Source of the DNA: Planctomycetota bacterium
Lineage (GTDB): Bacteria > Planctomycetota > B15-G4
Length of the DNA stretch: 64,000 nt
NCBI GenBank assembly: GCA_038212275.1
Contig: JBBQUR010000004.1
Location: forward strand, 204,744-268,743
Direction: 5' to 3'
Shown: positions 45,214-54,715 of the stretch, piece by piece
How the letters are laid out: every line of letters starts with the position of its first letter
Numbering within the stretch: position 1 is the first letter of the stretch
The notes under the pieces: generated by a model
Database searches by the model: none
Told to the model about the DNA's origin: nothing
Seen by the model: only the letters and a program-made list of their open reading frames with translations
Translations under genes and position numbers: made by a program

Positions 45214-46446
45214 ATGTCGAATCCCGCACCGGCTTCACCCCTTCCAGCTTCCCCGCGCGCCCACGCCAGATTCCGCAGCGTCGAACAGCTCGACGTGACG
45301 GGCAAGCGCGTGCTCGTGCGCGTGGATTTCAACGTCCCGCTCAGGGATGGCCGCATCACGGACGACCTGCGCATCCGCTCCGCGCTGCCGACGGTGAGGT
45401 CGATCATCGAGCGGGGCGGCATCGCCATCCTCATGAGCCATCTCGGCCGACCCAGAAAGGGCCCCGAGGACGGACTTCGCATGGGTCCGGTCGCGGCGAG
45501 ACTGAGCGAACTGCTCGGCAGACCGGTGACGGCGTTTCGCGAGATCAACACCGATGCGGTCGCAACTGCGGTGCGCGCACTCCCTGCCGGCTCGGTGGCT
45601 CTGCTCGAGAATCTCCGCTTCGATCCGGGCGAGCAGAAGGGCGACCCGGCGTTCACGGCCAGGCTCGCTGCCCTCGGGGAACTGTACGTGGACGACGCCT
45701 TCGGTACGGCGCATCGACCTGATGCATCGGTCTCCGGCGTGCCAGCTCTGCTGGGCAAGGACAAGTGCGCTGCGGGCCTGCTCGTGGCGCAGGAACTCGT
45801 GGCTTTTGGAAAAGTGCTCGATCAGCCGGCGCGCCCGCTTGTCGCGATCCTCGGCGGCGCCAAGATTTCCGACAAGCTCGCGGTCGTGAAGAACCTCCTC
45901 GATAAGGTCGACGTGATCCTGATCGGCGGAGCGATGGCCTACACTTTCCTGAAGGCTCAGGGTGTCGCCGTCGGTTCCTCGCGAGTCGAGGATGACTTCG
46001 TCACGGAGTGTCGTGACGTGCTTGGGCGCGCCGCAGCCTGCAAGGTCGACATCCTTCTGCCGTCCGATCACCTCTGTGCGTCCGCATTCGATTCCGATGA
46101 GGCAACTCCGGTGGATGGCCCAATCCCGGCGGGACTCATGGGCCTGGACATCGGCCCCGGTACGGCCAGGCGATATGCGGAGCGCATCGCGTCGGCTGGC
46201 ACGGTCGTGTGGAACGGACCGATGGGGGTGTTTGAGCGGCCTCCCTATGCTGCCGGCACGCGCGCCGTCGCCGAGGCCGTGGCGTCCTGCCCCGGCTACA
46301 CGGTGGTGGGCGGGGGCGACAGCGCTGCAGCGATCGCAAGCTTCGGTCTCGCCAGCCTGGTCAAGCATGTCTCCACCGGAGGCGGGGCTTCGCTCGAGCT
46401 GCTCGAAGGCAAGACGCTGCCGGGAATCGACGCTCTGCTCCTCTGA
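45214..46446 (+). CDS. pgk: Phosphoglycerate kinase
   Basis: RVDFNVP, SHLGRP, LLENLRF, WNGPMGVFE, STGGGASLE. Confidence 0.97.
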   Translation: MSNPAPASPLPASPRAHARFRSVEQLDVTGKRVLVRVDFNVPLRDGRITDDLRIRSALPTVRSIIERGGIAILMSHLGRPRKGPEDGLRMGPVAARLSELLGRPVTAFREINTDAVATAVRALPAGSVALLENLRFDPGEQKGDPAFTARLAALGELYVDDAFGTAHRPDASVSGVPALLGKDKCAAGLLVAQELVAFGKVLDQPARPLVAILGGAKISDKLAVVKNLLDKVDVILIGGAMAYTFLKAQGVAVGSSRVEDDFVTECRDVLGRAAACKVDILLPSDHLCASAFDSDEATPVDGPIPAGLMGLDIGPGTARRYAERIASAGTVVWNGPMGVFERPPYAAGTRAVAEAVASCPGYTVVGGGDSAAAIASFGLASLVKHVSTGGGASLELLEGKTLPGIDALLL

Positions 46447-46520
46447 CCCATCGAGCGCCGCGTCCGCAGCGATTCGCGAAGCCGGGGCGGCTGTGGTATC
46501 GCCGAGTCGGGGTTGAGACC

Positions 46521-47273
46521 ATGAACGACATGCTGCTTCCCGCCGTGAAGATTGCGCCGTCGCTGCTCTCCGCCGATTTCGTGCGCCTGGCACGGGACAT
46601 CGCAGCGGTGGAAGACGCTGGCGCGGACTGGCTGCACGTCGACGTGATGGATGGCCACTTCGTCCCGAACCTCACCATTGGACCTCCCGTGGTGAAGGCG
46701 ATCGCCGGCTGCGCGCGCATGCCCCTCGACGTTCACATCATGATCAGCGACCCGCTTGCCTACGCCGAGGCGTATGTCCGCGCCGGAGCTGCCACGCTCA
46801 CGTGCCACCTCGAGACGAATCCCGAGGCACTCATCGCCATCCGACGTTTCGGGGCGCGGGCCGGTCTTGCCATCAACCCCGAGACGGACATCGCTCCGGT
46901 CCGAGATCTGCTGCCCCTGTGCGACATGGTCCTCGTCATGAGCGTGCATCCAGGCTTCGGCGGGCAGAAGTTCATGCCGGAGGTACTGCCCAAGATCGAG
47001 CGCTTGCGCGCGTGGGGATTTGCGGGTGATGTCGAGATCGACGGCGGCATTTCGCCCGAGACGATTGGCGCCGCGGCTGCCGCCGGTGCCAACGTCTTCG
47101 TTGCCGGCTCGGCTGTCTTCGGCAGCCAGGACTGGGCGGCTACCATCGCGACGCTACGCCGCGTTGCCGAGCGAGCGCACGCAACCGGCAGCGCCGGAGC
47201 ACCGGAAGCCTCAGGCGACACGGAGCCCGCGGGGCCCGCCGGCGCGGCCCATACGGCAAGGGACGGAGGCTGA
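46521..47273 (+). CDS. rpe: Ribulose-phosphate 3-epimerase
   Basis: IAPSLLSADF, HVDVMDGHFVPN, MSVHPGFGGQ, IDGGI, VAGS. Confidence 0.96.
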   Translation: MNDMLLPAVKIAPSLLSADFVRLARDIAAVEDAGADWLHVDVMDGHFVPNLTIGPPVVKAIAGCARMPLDVHIMISDPLAYAEAYVRAGAATLTCHLETNPEALIAIRRFGARAGLAINPETDIAPVRDLLPLCDMVLVMSVHPGFGGQKFMPEVLPKIERLRAWGFAGDVEIDGGISPETIGAAAAAGANVFVAGSAVFGSQDWAATIATLRRVAERAHATGSAGAPEASGDTEPAGPAGAAHTARDGG

Positions 47274-47275
47274 TC

Positions 47276-48109
<834 letters not shown>

Positions 48110-48153
48110 GCCCGCGCGCGTGCACGCCTCGCGGCGTCGCCCGACGACGGGCC

Positions 48154-48182
48154 TTGCACGAGGCGTGTCTCGCCTCTAGACT
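48154..48182 (+). promoter_or_regulatory. Putative sigma70 promoter of tRNA-Asn
   Basis: TTGCAC-N17-TAGACT about 21 nt before the tRNA. Confidence 0.55.
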
Positions 48183-48203
48183 CCCGCCCTCTGTTCGTCA
48201 GGG

Positions 48204-48280
48204 TCCCCGATAGCTCAGTTGGTTAGAGCATCTGACTGTTAATCAGAGGGTCGGTGGTTCGAGTCCACCTCGGGGAGCCA
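48204..48280 (+). tRNA. tRNA-Asn(GTT)
   Basis: Acceptor TCCCCGA/TCGGGGA, anticodon stem TCTGA/TCAGA with loop CT-GTT-AA, GGTTCGAGTCC T-arm, encoded CCA. Confidence 0.97.
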
Positions 48281-49605
48281 TCGCACTCGAATGCGTCGGC
48301 TCGCGTGGGATCGCGCAAGGCCGCCATCGGCAAGGAGTTACCGCTCAGCGCTGACCGCTGACTGCGTCCCCGGCCCTCGCGCCCTGACGAACCGCCACGC
48401 AGCGTCTCGCGCTCCATTTGCGGTGGCTGGTACGGTGGTTCCCGCGGTGGGTGTTGCGGTGAAACATCAGATGCCTGAGACGCCTCAGCGCCCTCCGTTC
48501 CGGTGGCGCGCTGCTGTGCGACCTGCACGCTGGAGGTCGCCGCTTCGGGCACGTTGGGGACGCTCTGGATCGCCTTGGCCACGTCCGCTCCGTCGAGCTG
48601 GATGTAGTGCTTCATCGTGATCTTGTAGTCCGCGTGGCGCAGCATGCGCTGCGTCATCGCAGGCGAGACACCGAGCCGCGCCAGGTTGGTGCCGAGCGAC
48701 ACGCGCAGCGAGTGCAGGTCCGCAACGCGGCCGTCCACGTCCTTGAGCACGATGCCCGCGTCCTCGAAGTCCGCGCGGCGCTCGTCGTTGCTCGGCATGA
48801 CCGGGAAGACCCGCGCATCGGGACGGAGGATGTCGGGCCGGATGGCAGTGAGCGCATCCTTGAGCTGCGGGTGCAGCGGGAGGACATCGGTCCGGTGGGC
48901 CTTGCCGTCACTGATGGTGAGGGTGCCGATGGCCAGGTCCACGTCGGCCCAGCGCAGGCGGGTCAGCTCGCTGCGCCGCAGGCCGGCGAGCGCAGCGCAC
49001 AGGTACACCGGGCGCCGACCGTGCTTCGCGGCCACGGTCAGCAGGCTCGAGATCTCGTCCCAGGTGAGCGCCCGCCGGATACGCCGGCGGTCACGATTCT
49101 GGTCGAGGCGCGGCAACTGCTTGAGGAGGTTCTCGCGCACGCGGCCGGACTTCACGGCCCAGTTGACGAACGAGACCACGATGGTGCGTTCCATGTTGAC
49201 CGTGGTCGCCGAGCGGCCCAGGTCCCGCAGTGCCTTGAGGTGCCGGGCCAATGCGTCCGGCGTCAGGTCGGAGAGCCGCGCAGCGCCGGTGGCCGCGATG
49301 ATCCGGTTGAGCAGGCGCTGGTTTTCCGAGACGTGGAAGGCTGCCCGCGCGCCGGCGCGCAGGTGCTCGAGGTAGGCGTCCACGTGCCGGAGCAGGGGCA
49401 CGGCGTTCGCCTCGAAGTAGCGATCCTGGCGCGGGTCGATGACGCCTTCACGGCGCAGGGCGGCCTGGGCGTCGAGCTGCGCCCCGATGCGCTCGGCCAC
49501 CTTCCTGTCAGTGGTGCGGCTGGACTTCTCGCGCCGCCGGCCGTCGTGGGTCGTCCAGCCGATGAAGTAGTTGGGGAAACCGGCGCGCTTGAAGACGCTT
49601 GCCAT
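48223..49605 (-). CDS. int: Tyrosine recombinase/integrase
   Basis: AGLRRSEL (R), GK, HSLR, RH, HY catalytic set intact; ORF runs through att core and stops inside the tRNA D-arm. Confidence 0.95.
   Translation of the reverse strand: MASVFKRAGFPNYFIGWTTHDGRRREKSSRTTDRKVAERIGAQLDAQAALRREGVIDPRQDRYFEANAVPLLRHVDAYLEHLRAGARAAFHVSENQRLLNRIIAATGAARLSDLTPDALARHLKALRDLGRSATTVNMERTIVVSFVNWAVKSGRVRENLLKQLPRLDQNRDRRRIRRALTWDEISSLLTVAAKHGRRPVYLCAALAGLRRSELTRLRWADVDLAIGTLTISDGKAHRTDVLPLHPQLKDALTAIRPDILRPDARVFPVMPSNDERRADFEDAGIVLKDVDGRVADLHSLRVSLGTNLARLGVSPAMTQRMLRHADYKITMKHYIQLDGADVAKAIQSVPNVPEAATSSVQVAQQRATGTEGAEASQASDVSPQHPPREPPYQPPQMERETLRGGSSGREGRGRSQRSALSGNSLPMAALRDPTRADAFECDGSPRWTRTTDPLINSQML
48234..48289 (+). 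repeat. att core, tRNA-proximal copy
   Basis: GACTGTTAATC...GGGGAGCCATCGCACTCG identical to 53377-53432; homology resumes after 3 mismatches to 48303. Confidence 0.95.
48418..48465. repeat. Four 12 bp-period direct repeats (core CGGTGG), candidate arm-type sites
   Basis: CGGTGG at 48421, 48433, 48445 and CGGTGA at 48457. Confidence 0.55.
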
Positions 49606-49607
49606 GA

Positions 49608-49832
49608 TCAGCGCTCCCTGTCCGTGCGGACCTTGCGGGCCTCTATCCAGCCCTGCAGGTCGGCGACACAGTAACGCACCGTCCGCCCGATGCGCAGGTG
49701 CGGTATGTCATGAGAAGCGGTCAGACTCCAGAGGCTGCGGGCGCTGATCGCCAGCATCGCGGCGGCCTCCTTGGTGTTCAGCAGGCGCGGTGGGGTGGTC
49801 GGCGGGGGAAGGGGAATTCGTGTGGAGGTCAT
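49608..49832 (-). CDS. Excisionase-like HTH_17 protein
   Basis: LLNTKEAAAMLAISARSLW...IPHLRIGRTVRY..DL..WI; directly upstream of int. Confidence 0.88.
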   Translation of the reverse strand: MTSTRIPLPPPTTPPRLLNTKEAAAMLAISARSLWSLTASHDIPHLRIGRTVRYCVADLQGWIEARKVRTDRER

Positions 49833-50053
49833 CGAACGGTTCCTTTCTCGAGGGGGTGATGGAAGGCGACCTGGCGAGAGCACGGGAGTACTTCCGCTGG
49901 CGGCGTGGGCATGGGTCTGGTGATGGGTGGCGAGAGGTGCGAGGGCCTTGGCCGTGGTGATGGCGATGGCGAGGGCGCCCATCGCGGTGCGTTGACCGCG
50001 TGCAGCGTGCGACTGCGAGGCCGCAGGCGAGGCGTGACGGTGATCGTGCTCAT
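49829..50053 (-). CDS. Small Pro-rich hypothetical protein
   Basis: ATGA overlaps with both neighbours. Confidence 0.4.
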   Translation of the reverse strand: MSTITVTPRLRPRSRTLHAVNAPRWAPSPSPSPRPRPSHLSPPITRPMPTPPAEVLPCSRQVAFHHPLEKGTVR

Positions 50054-50568
50054 GGGTGCGCGACCTGCTGCTCGAGTGCGGCGCAGCGAACCAGGAGGTC
50101 CGACGCCAGGTCCGCAAGAGCAGCCTCCCAACCCGGAACGCTGAAGCATCCAGGCGAGCGTGCGTCGGAGTGCGCCCAGAGGATCCGGTCTGCGAGCGCC
50201 AGCGGAACGTCTAGGCGGTCGAGATGCATCGGCTCGCCGGTCAGGGCGTCATGGGCCTCTCCGGACGCGTAGCCGCCCGGTTCGGTGATCGCTGCCCGGC
50301 CTCGTGGGGAGTACGTGCCGTTCAGGTTGCTGCTGTCCATGCAGGAAGCTCCAAGGCTGAGGTCAGGTGCTGCTGCCGGCCGACTCAGCCTCTTTCGCCG
50401 GCACGGAAATGCGGTGTGTCGTTCGTGGTCGGCCTCGTCGGCGTGGGGCGCGAGAGGGCCGGCCGTAGCTGCTGCGAAGGAGTCCGCGAGCCACCGCGCA
50501 AGCTCCGCCGAGCATGTGCTCGGGTGCGGCGTGGCCGGACCGGTGCAGCGACTGGGCAGAGCGATCAT
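50050..50568 (-). CDS. Hypothetical protein (alternative start 50340)
   Basis: ATG overlaps SpoVG-like stop, stop overlaps next ATG. Confidence 0.45.
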   Translation of the reverse strand: MIALPSRCTGPATPHPSTCSAELARWLADSFAAATAGPLAPHADEADHERHTAFPCRRKRLSRPAAAPDLSLGASCMDSSNLNGTYSPRGRAAITEPGGYASGEAHDALTGEPMHLDRLDVPLALADRILWAHSDARSPGCFSVPGWEAALADLASDLLVRCAALEQQVAHP

Positions 50569-50894
50569 CGATCGGGTCCCGCAGGCGCTGCCGGCGCGGA
50601 TGGTGCTGGCGCCGTACTGAACTGCAGACGCAGTGCCGCAAAGACCTGGCGCTCGACGTCACGGCGAGCCGCATCCGAGATCGGGCGGATGTAGGCGTGC
50701 TGCTTTCCGGACGCATCGCGCCGTTCCGGGAATGAGAGCACGAGGTCACCGGCGCGGGTGCGACGGAGCGTGATCCCGTCGAGCTTCACCGCCCCGTTGA
50801 GCAGGAAGCTGACCCAGCCCAACAGGCCCAGAGCGCGCTCGGCATCCGGCGCGGCAATGAAGCGGATCTCGGAGACGTGGAGGTCAGGCTTCAC
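50565..50894 (-). CDS. SpoVG-like nucleic-acid-binding protein
   Basis: 'LLGWVSFLLNGAVKLDGITLRR...LVLSFPERRD..G....YIRPI...RR..E..V'; GGAGG SD. Confidence 0.75.
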   Translation of the reverse strand: MKPDLHVSEIRFIAAPDAERALGLLGWVSFLLNGAVKLDGITLRRTRAGDLVLSFPERRDASGKQHAYIRPISDAARRDVERQVFAALRLQFSTAPAPSAPAAPAGPDR

Positions 50895-51037
50895 GCGCTA
50901 CCTCCGCGCTCACGCATCCGCAGGGGTTTTCGATGTGGTGTCGCGACGCGAGAGGAGGCGCCTGATGCCGCAGCACGAGCGGCGGCGCTTCCGGCATGGG
51001 ATCGGGCGCGAGCTCGACAACTGGCCGTTCCGGCATC

Positions 51038-51260
51038 TCAGCGTCCATCGCTCTGCCCCGTCGCCACGTTCTTCCGGATGTCGTCCAGCACCGCGTCGGC
51101 GTTGAGTTGGCTGGAGACGCTCGCGAGCGCGCCGACGAGGATCTGGATCTCCGCTTCCGAGGCGTTGCCTCGCACGCCTGCCTCCAGCGCTTCCGCGGCT
51201 CGGTCGACCTCATCGATGTCTATGTGCCGCGTGCCGTCGCCCCATGCGTCGGAAGCGACG
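51038..51260 (-). pseudogene. Possible 3' remnant of an island gene
   Basis: Globular-looking helical C-terminus; upstream frame runs into the antisense of the helicase fragment. Confidence 0.35.
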
Positions 51261-51265
51261 GAAGC

Positions 51266-52936
51266 GTCGCCACGCAGCGCCGCGCCGAGAACGCGCTCGA
51301 GCAGTGGCGCGCCCACGCGGGTCTCGACGCGCGGACGCTGGGCTTCTGCGTGTCGCAGAGGCATGCCGAGTTCATGAAGGCGTACTTCAGCCAACGGGGG
51401 GTAAGGGCGGCGGCCGTGCATTCAGGCGCAGGGAGCGATCCGCGCGCCCTCTCGCTCGAACAACTCGAGGCCGGCGCGCTGGACATCGTCTTCTGCGTGG
51501 ACATGTTCAACGAGGGCGTGGACCTGCCCTCCGTTGACGCCATCCTGATGCTGCGGCCCACCGAGTCGCGCACCCTCTGGCTCCAGCAGGTCGGACGCGG
51601 CCTGCGCCAAGTGGCTGGAAAGACACTTCGGATCGTGGACTACATCGGCAACCACCGCACCTTCCTGCAAGGCGCGGTCGCGTTGCTCCCGCTGGGCAAC
51701 GAGACGCCGGCCGGGCTGGTTGCGGCACTCAAGCGTCTCGAGGATGGGGAGCAACTCCTGCCCGATGGCTGCGCGATCACCTACGACCTGCGCGCGATGG
51801 AGATTCTGCGCGCCCTGATCCCGGTAGCCCAGGGCCGCGAGGCAGTCCGTCTCTGGTACGAGGACTTTCGCGACCGGCACGGCGTGCGGCCGACAGCCTC
51901 GGAAGCGTGGCACGCTGGTTACGACCCAGGAACAGTTCGCAAGCACGACGGCTCGTGGTTGGGCTTCGTCCGAGGGATGGGGGACCTGGCGACGTCGGAG
52001 GCCGCCGCGCTGGCCGCGAATCGCGACTACTTCGCCGACCTCGAAACCACGCCCATGACGCGCAGCTTCAAGATGCTGCTGCTGCAGGCATGGATCGCGG
52101 AGGGCTCGTTCCCTGGGCCAATCGGCATCGATGCACTAGTACGCGCCACCAGCGGGCAGACACTCGGTTCCGCAGCACTTCTGGCCGACGTGGGTGATGC
52201 GCGAACATCCCCACCTGCCTTGCGCCGACTGCTCGAGACAAACCCGATCGCTGCATGGATAGGTGGCAAGGGCACGGCGAGCGGGCCGTACTTCGCCTAC
52301 GACGGCGTGAGCCTGTCGAGTCGTCTGAATGGTCAGGGTGAACACGGCGCGACGCTGAGCGACCTGACGCGGGAGGTAGTCGAGTGGCGCCTAGCGCAGT
52401 ACCTGGGACTCCCTCGCACTGGGGACGAGCCGAGCGCAGTGCCTGAGAGTGGCGCTCCCGAAGCAGCCGTACCACCGAACCTCTGGCAGGAGTTCATGCG
52501 AGAACAGATCCCGGGACTCTGGGGACTTCCATTCCAGGCCAACCTCTGGCGGCAGGGCTTCGTTCAGCGAGGCGGGCGCATGTTCCTGCTCGTCACGCTC
52601 GAGAAGGCGAACTTGCCTTCCGAACATCGCTACGACGACAAGTTCGTCGGTCCGGATCAGTTCGAGTGGCAGAGCCAGAATCGAACCTCTCGCGCATCCA
52701 AGCCCGGCCAGGACATCGCGCAGCACAAGGCACGCGGTATTCCGGTTCACCTCTTCGTACGACGCACCAAGAAGACCCAGCGCGGAACCGCGTGCCCATT
52801 CACCTACTGCGGCGAGTTGGAGTATTTGAGCTGGGAGCGGGACAACCCCGTCACCGTCCAGTGGAGACTAATGGCGCCGGTCCCGGGTCGCCTGTGGGGT
52901 GGGCTCAAGGTCCAGCCGCCGGGAACTGGCGCCTGA
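51266..52936 (+). pseudogene. 5'-truncated SF2 helicase-C + DUF3427 protein (SauUSI-like PLD/helicase family)
   Basis: TLGFCVS..HAEFM, VDMFNEGVDLP, LRPTES, QQVGRGLR, FEWQSQN, VHLFVR; Walker A/DEAH and PLD domains absent. Confidence 0.8.
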
Positions 52937-53116
52937 AGCCACGGGATCGCGTGGCTGCCGGCGGGCCCCGTCGCCCGGCTGGCTCACGAGGGGTGCGAAT
53001 CGTCGCAGCATGTCACCGGGAAGGCGGCCTCGTCCCGCCGAACCAACCGCGATTCGACGTCGGCACAGTCGTGAGCATCCCCGCGCCCGGCTCGCCCCGC
53101 ACCCGCTGTGGGGTTC

Positions 53117-53377
53117 TCAGTGCCCGACACGCAGCGCCCGAACCATCTCCGCGATCCCAACGCGCAGGGCTGGCGGCAGACTGTTCCAGGCCGCCACGAC
53201 GGTAGCGAGTTCAGGGTCGATGGCGGTGCCTTCGAGCTCGCCCGAAGGGGTGAGCAAGGCCTCCATTTCGAGGTTGCGTAGGCTGGCGCGATCGCCGCCT
53301 TCCGGCGCCTGAAGTGAAGCGCTGCAAGGTACGAGTGCATCAGCACTTGCAGCAATCTCCTCGGATGCCGCGGGCGG
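53117..53377 (-). CDS. Detached in-frame C-terminal segment of the integrase (86 codons)
   Basis: Same frame across the att core as int (DGSPRWTRTTDPLINS); ends DPELATVVAAWNSLPPALRVGIAEMVRA. Confidence 0.6.
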   Translation of the reverse strand, partial: PPAASEEIAASADALVPCSASLQAPEGGDRASLRNLEMEALLTPSGELEGTAIDPELATVVAAWNSLPPALRVGIAEMVRALRVGH

Positions 53378-53432
53378 ACTGTTAATCAGAGGGTCGGTGG
53401 TTCGAGTCCACCTCGGGGAGCCATCGCACTCG
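53377..53432 (+). repeat. att core, distal copy (displaced 3' part of tRNA-Asn)
   Basis: Identical to 48234-48289; lacks tRNA 5' half. Confidence 0.95.
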
Positions 53433-53587
53433 GCGGCGTCGGCTCGTAGCGATTTCCGAGTCCGTCGGTAGCCAGTTGCGACACCACGGCCTCGGAGGCT
53501 TTTCATCGGGCCGCGGCCGGCATTCCTGCACGGCCTGGCGTTGGCTGCCCTGCGGATGGCGGAGACCATGCGCGGGGCGCGCGGCGC

Positions 53588-54715
53588 TCAGGGAACGCCG
53601 ACGGTGAGGGCTGTCAGCAGCGGGTCGCCGGAGGTCTTGTCGCTCTTCTTCGCGCCAACCCCCTTCTCCTTGATGGAGCCGTCGGGAAAGGTGTCGAACG
53701 TGTAGGGGGCGATCACGCTGCGAGGTGCGACATCGTCAAACGAGTGACCATCCGCGATGTTGCCTGCCAGCGCCTCGTGATGCACGCGCGCCGTGTAGGA
53801 GATCGTACCCGTCTCCCCCGGGTCCATTGGATCCGCCGGGCCAGCGAATTCTGCCGTGAACACCGCCGTGTACTTGGCGCGCGGCTTCAGCACGATAGGA
53901 AACTTGCTCTCCTTGGGCGCGACAAGGGTGATCGTGGGCGCATCCACCAGGCCCGAATCGACTTCCGCGGTCAACTCGACAACTCCGGCGAGCATCGCCG
54001 CGTCTTCAATGACCTCCGAATGCTGGCTGCGGTTCTGAATCTGCACCTTCAGTTTCTTGGTGACCGGACCGGCCTTGGCCTTGACCGACTTCGGGATCGT
54101 CACCTTGTAGACGGCGAGATCATGAACGCCCCCGACCCCAAGACCTAGTTTTCCGATTAGATCCAGGTTAACCCCGGGCCCAAACCCGTCCGGGTCGGTG
54201 GGGGTCTGCAGCCCCGATACACGCTTCAAGGTACTGACAGACGTGTAAGTCAGCGGGATGTCGTAGGCAAGCGCGCTGCCGGAACCCGTCGCCGTACCCG
54301 CGGCACCCGTCGTCAGGGTTGCCAGGAAAAGGGTATCTGCATTTCCAATCCCTGCGCAGGTGATCAAGTCGATCGTCGGCCCGGATGCTGACGCCGTGAA
54401 TCCGTTGTCTTCGCGAAGACCATTGAGTGGCAACTCGAACGACTGGCACTTGCCGAGCTTGTCAACGACCACGCCCGTGATCAGACTGCCGGCCTGCGTC
54501 ATGTAGATCTTGCCCTTGCCGCTGCCTTTCGTGATCCCCGCCGTATTGGGGGCGAAGGAGGCCGTGAGTGACACGTCCCATTCCCCGGACACGTTTACGG
54601 TCGACAGGTCCTGTGCCGAAACCGATCCCGCGAGGGCCGTTGCGAGGCAGAAGGACCTGGCGACGGTTTGCGAAGCGATACGCGAGACGGCTAGAAGCAT
54701 GACGTAGGTCTCCAT
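53588..54715 (-). CDS. Secreted hypothetical protein
   Basis: Signal ending VSA-Q, beta-rich N-domain, Ig-like C-domain; start 54715 or 54700. Confidence 0.7.
   Translation of the reverse strand: METYVMLLAVSRIASQTVARSFCLATALAGSVSAQDLSTVNVSGEWDVSLTASFAPNTAGITKGSGKGKIYMTQAGSLITGVVVDKLGKCQSFELPLNGLREDNGFTASASGPTIDLITCAGIGNADTLFLATLTTGAAGTATGSGSALAYDIPLTYTSVSTLKRVSGLQTPTDPDGFGPGVNLDLIGKLGLGVGGVHDLAVYKVTIPKSVKAKAGPVTKKLKVQIQNRSQHSEVIEDAAMLAGVVELTAEVDSGLVDAPTITLVAPKESKFPIVLKPRAKYTAVFTAEFAGPADPMDPGETGTISYTARVHHEALAGNIADGHSFDDVAPRSVIAPYTFDTFPDGSIKEKGVGAKKSDKTSGDPLLTALTVGVP

Larger units (their letters stand above)
48234..53432. mobile_element. Integrative island in tRNA-Asn (probably internally deleted)
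   Basis: Perfect 56 bp terminal direct repeats, tyrosine integrase, excisionase-like HTH, SpoVG-like gene, restriction-helicase fragment. Confidence 0.92.

Noticed and set aside
50996..51265. N-terminal ~90 aa of the 646 aa helicase ORF
   Set aside because: No helicase motifs; overlaps minus-strand island genes; likely a fortuitous open frame
53377..53423. Second tRNA-Asn gene
   Set aside because: Only the anticodon loop to CCA is present; it is the att duplication
48234..53432. Prophage or conjugative element
   Set aside because: No structural, replication, relaxase or T4SS genes visible
53433..53569. ATG 53569 as a true start of a 150 aa gene
   Set aside because: Lies outside the element, no SD, low-complexity translation; cannot be excluded but unsupported
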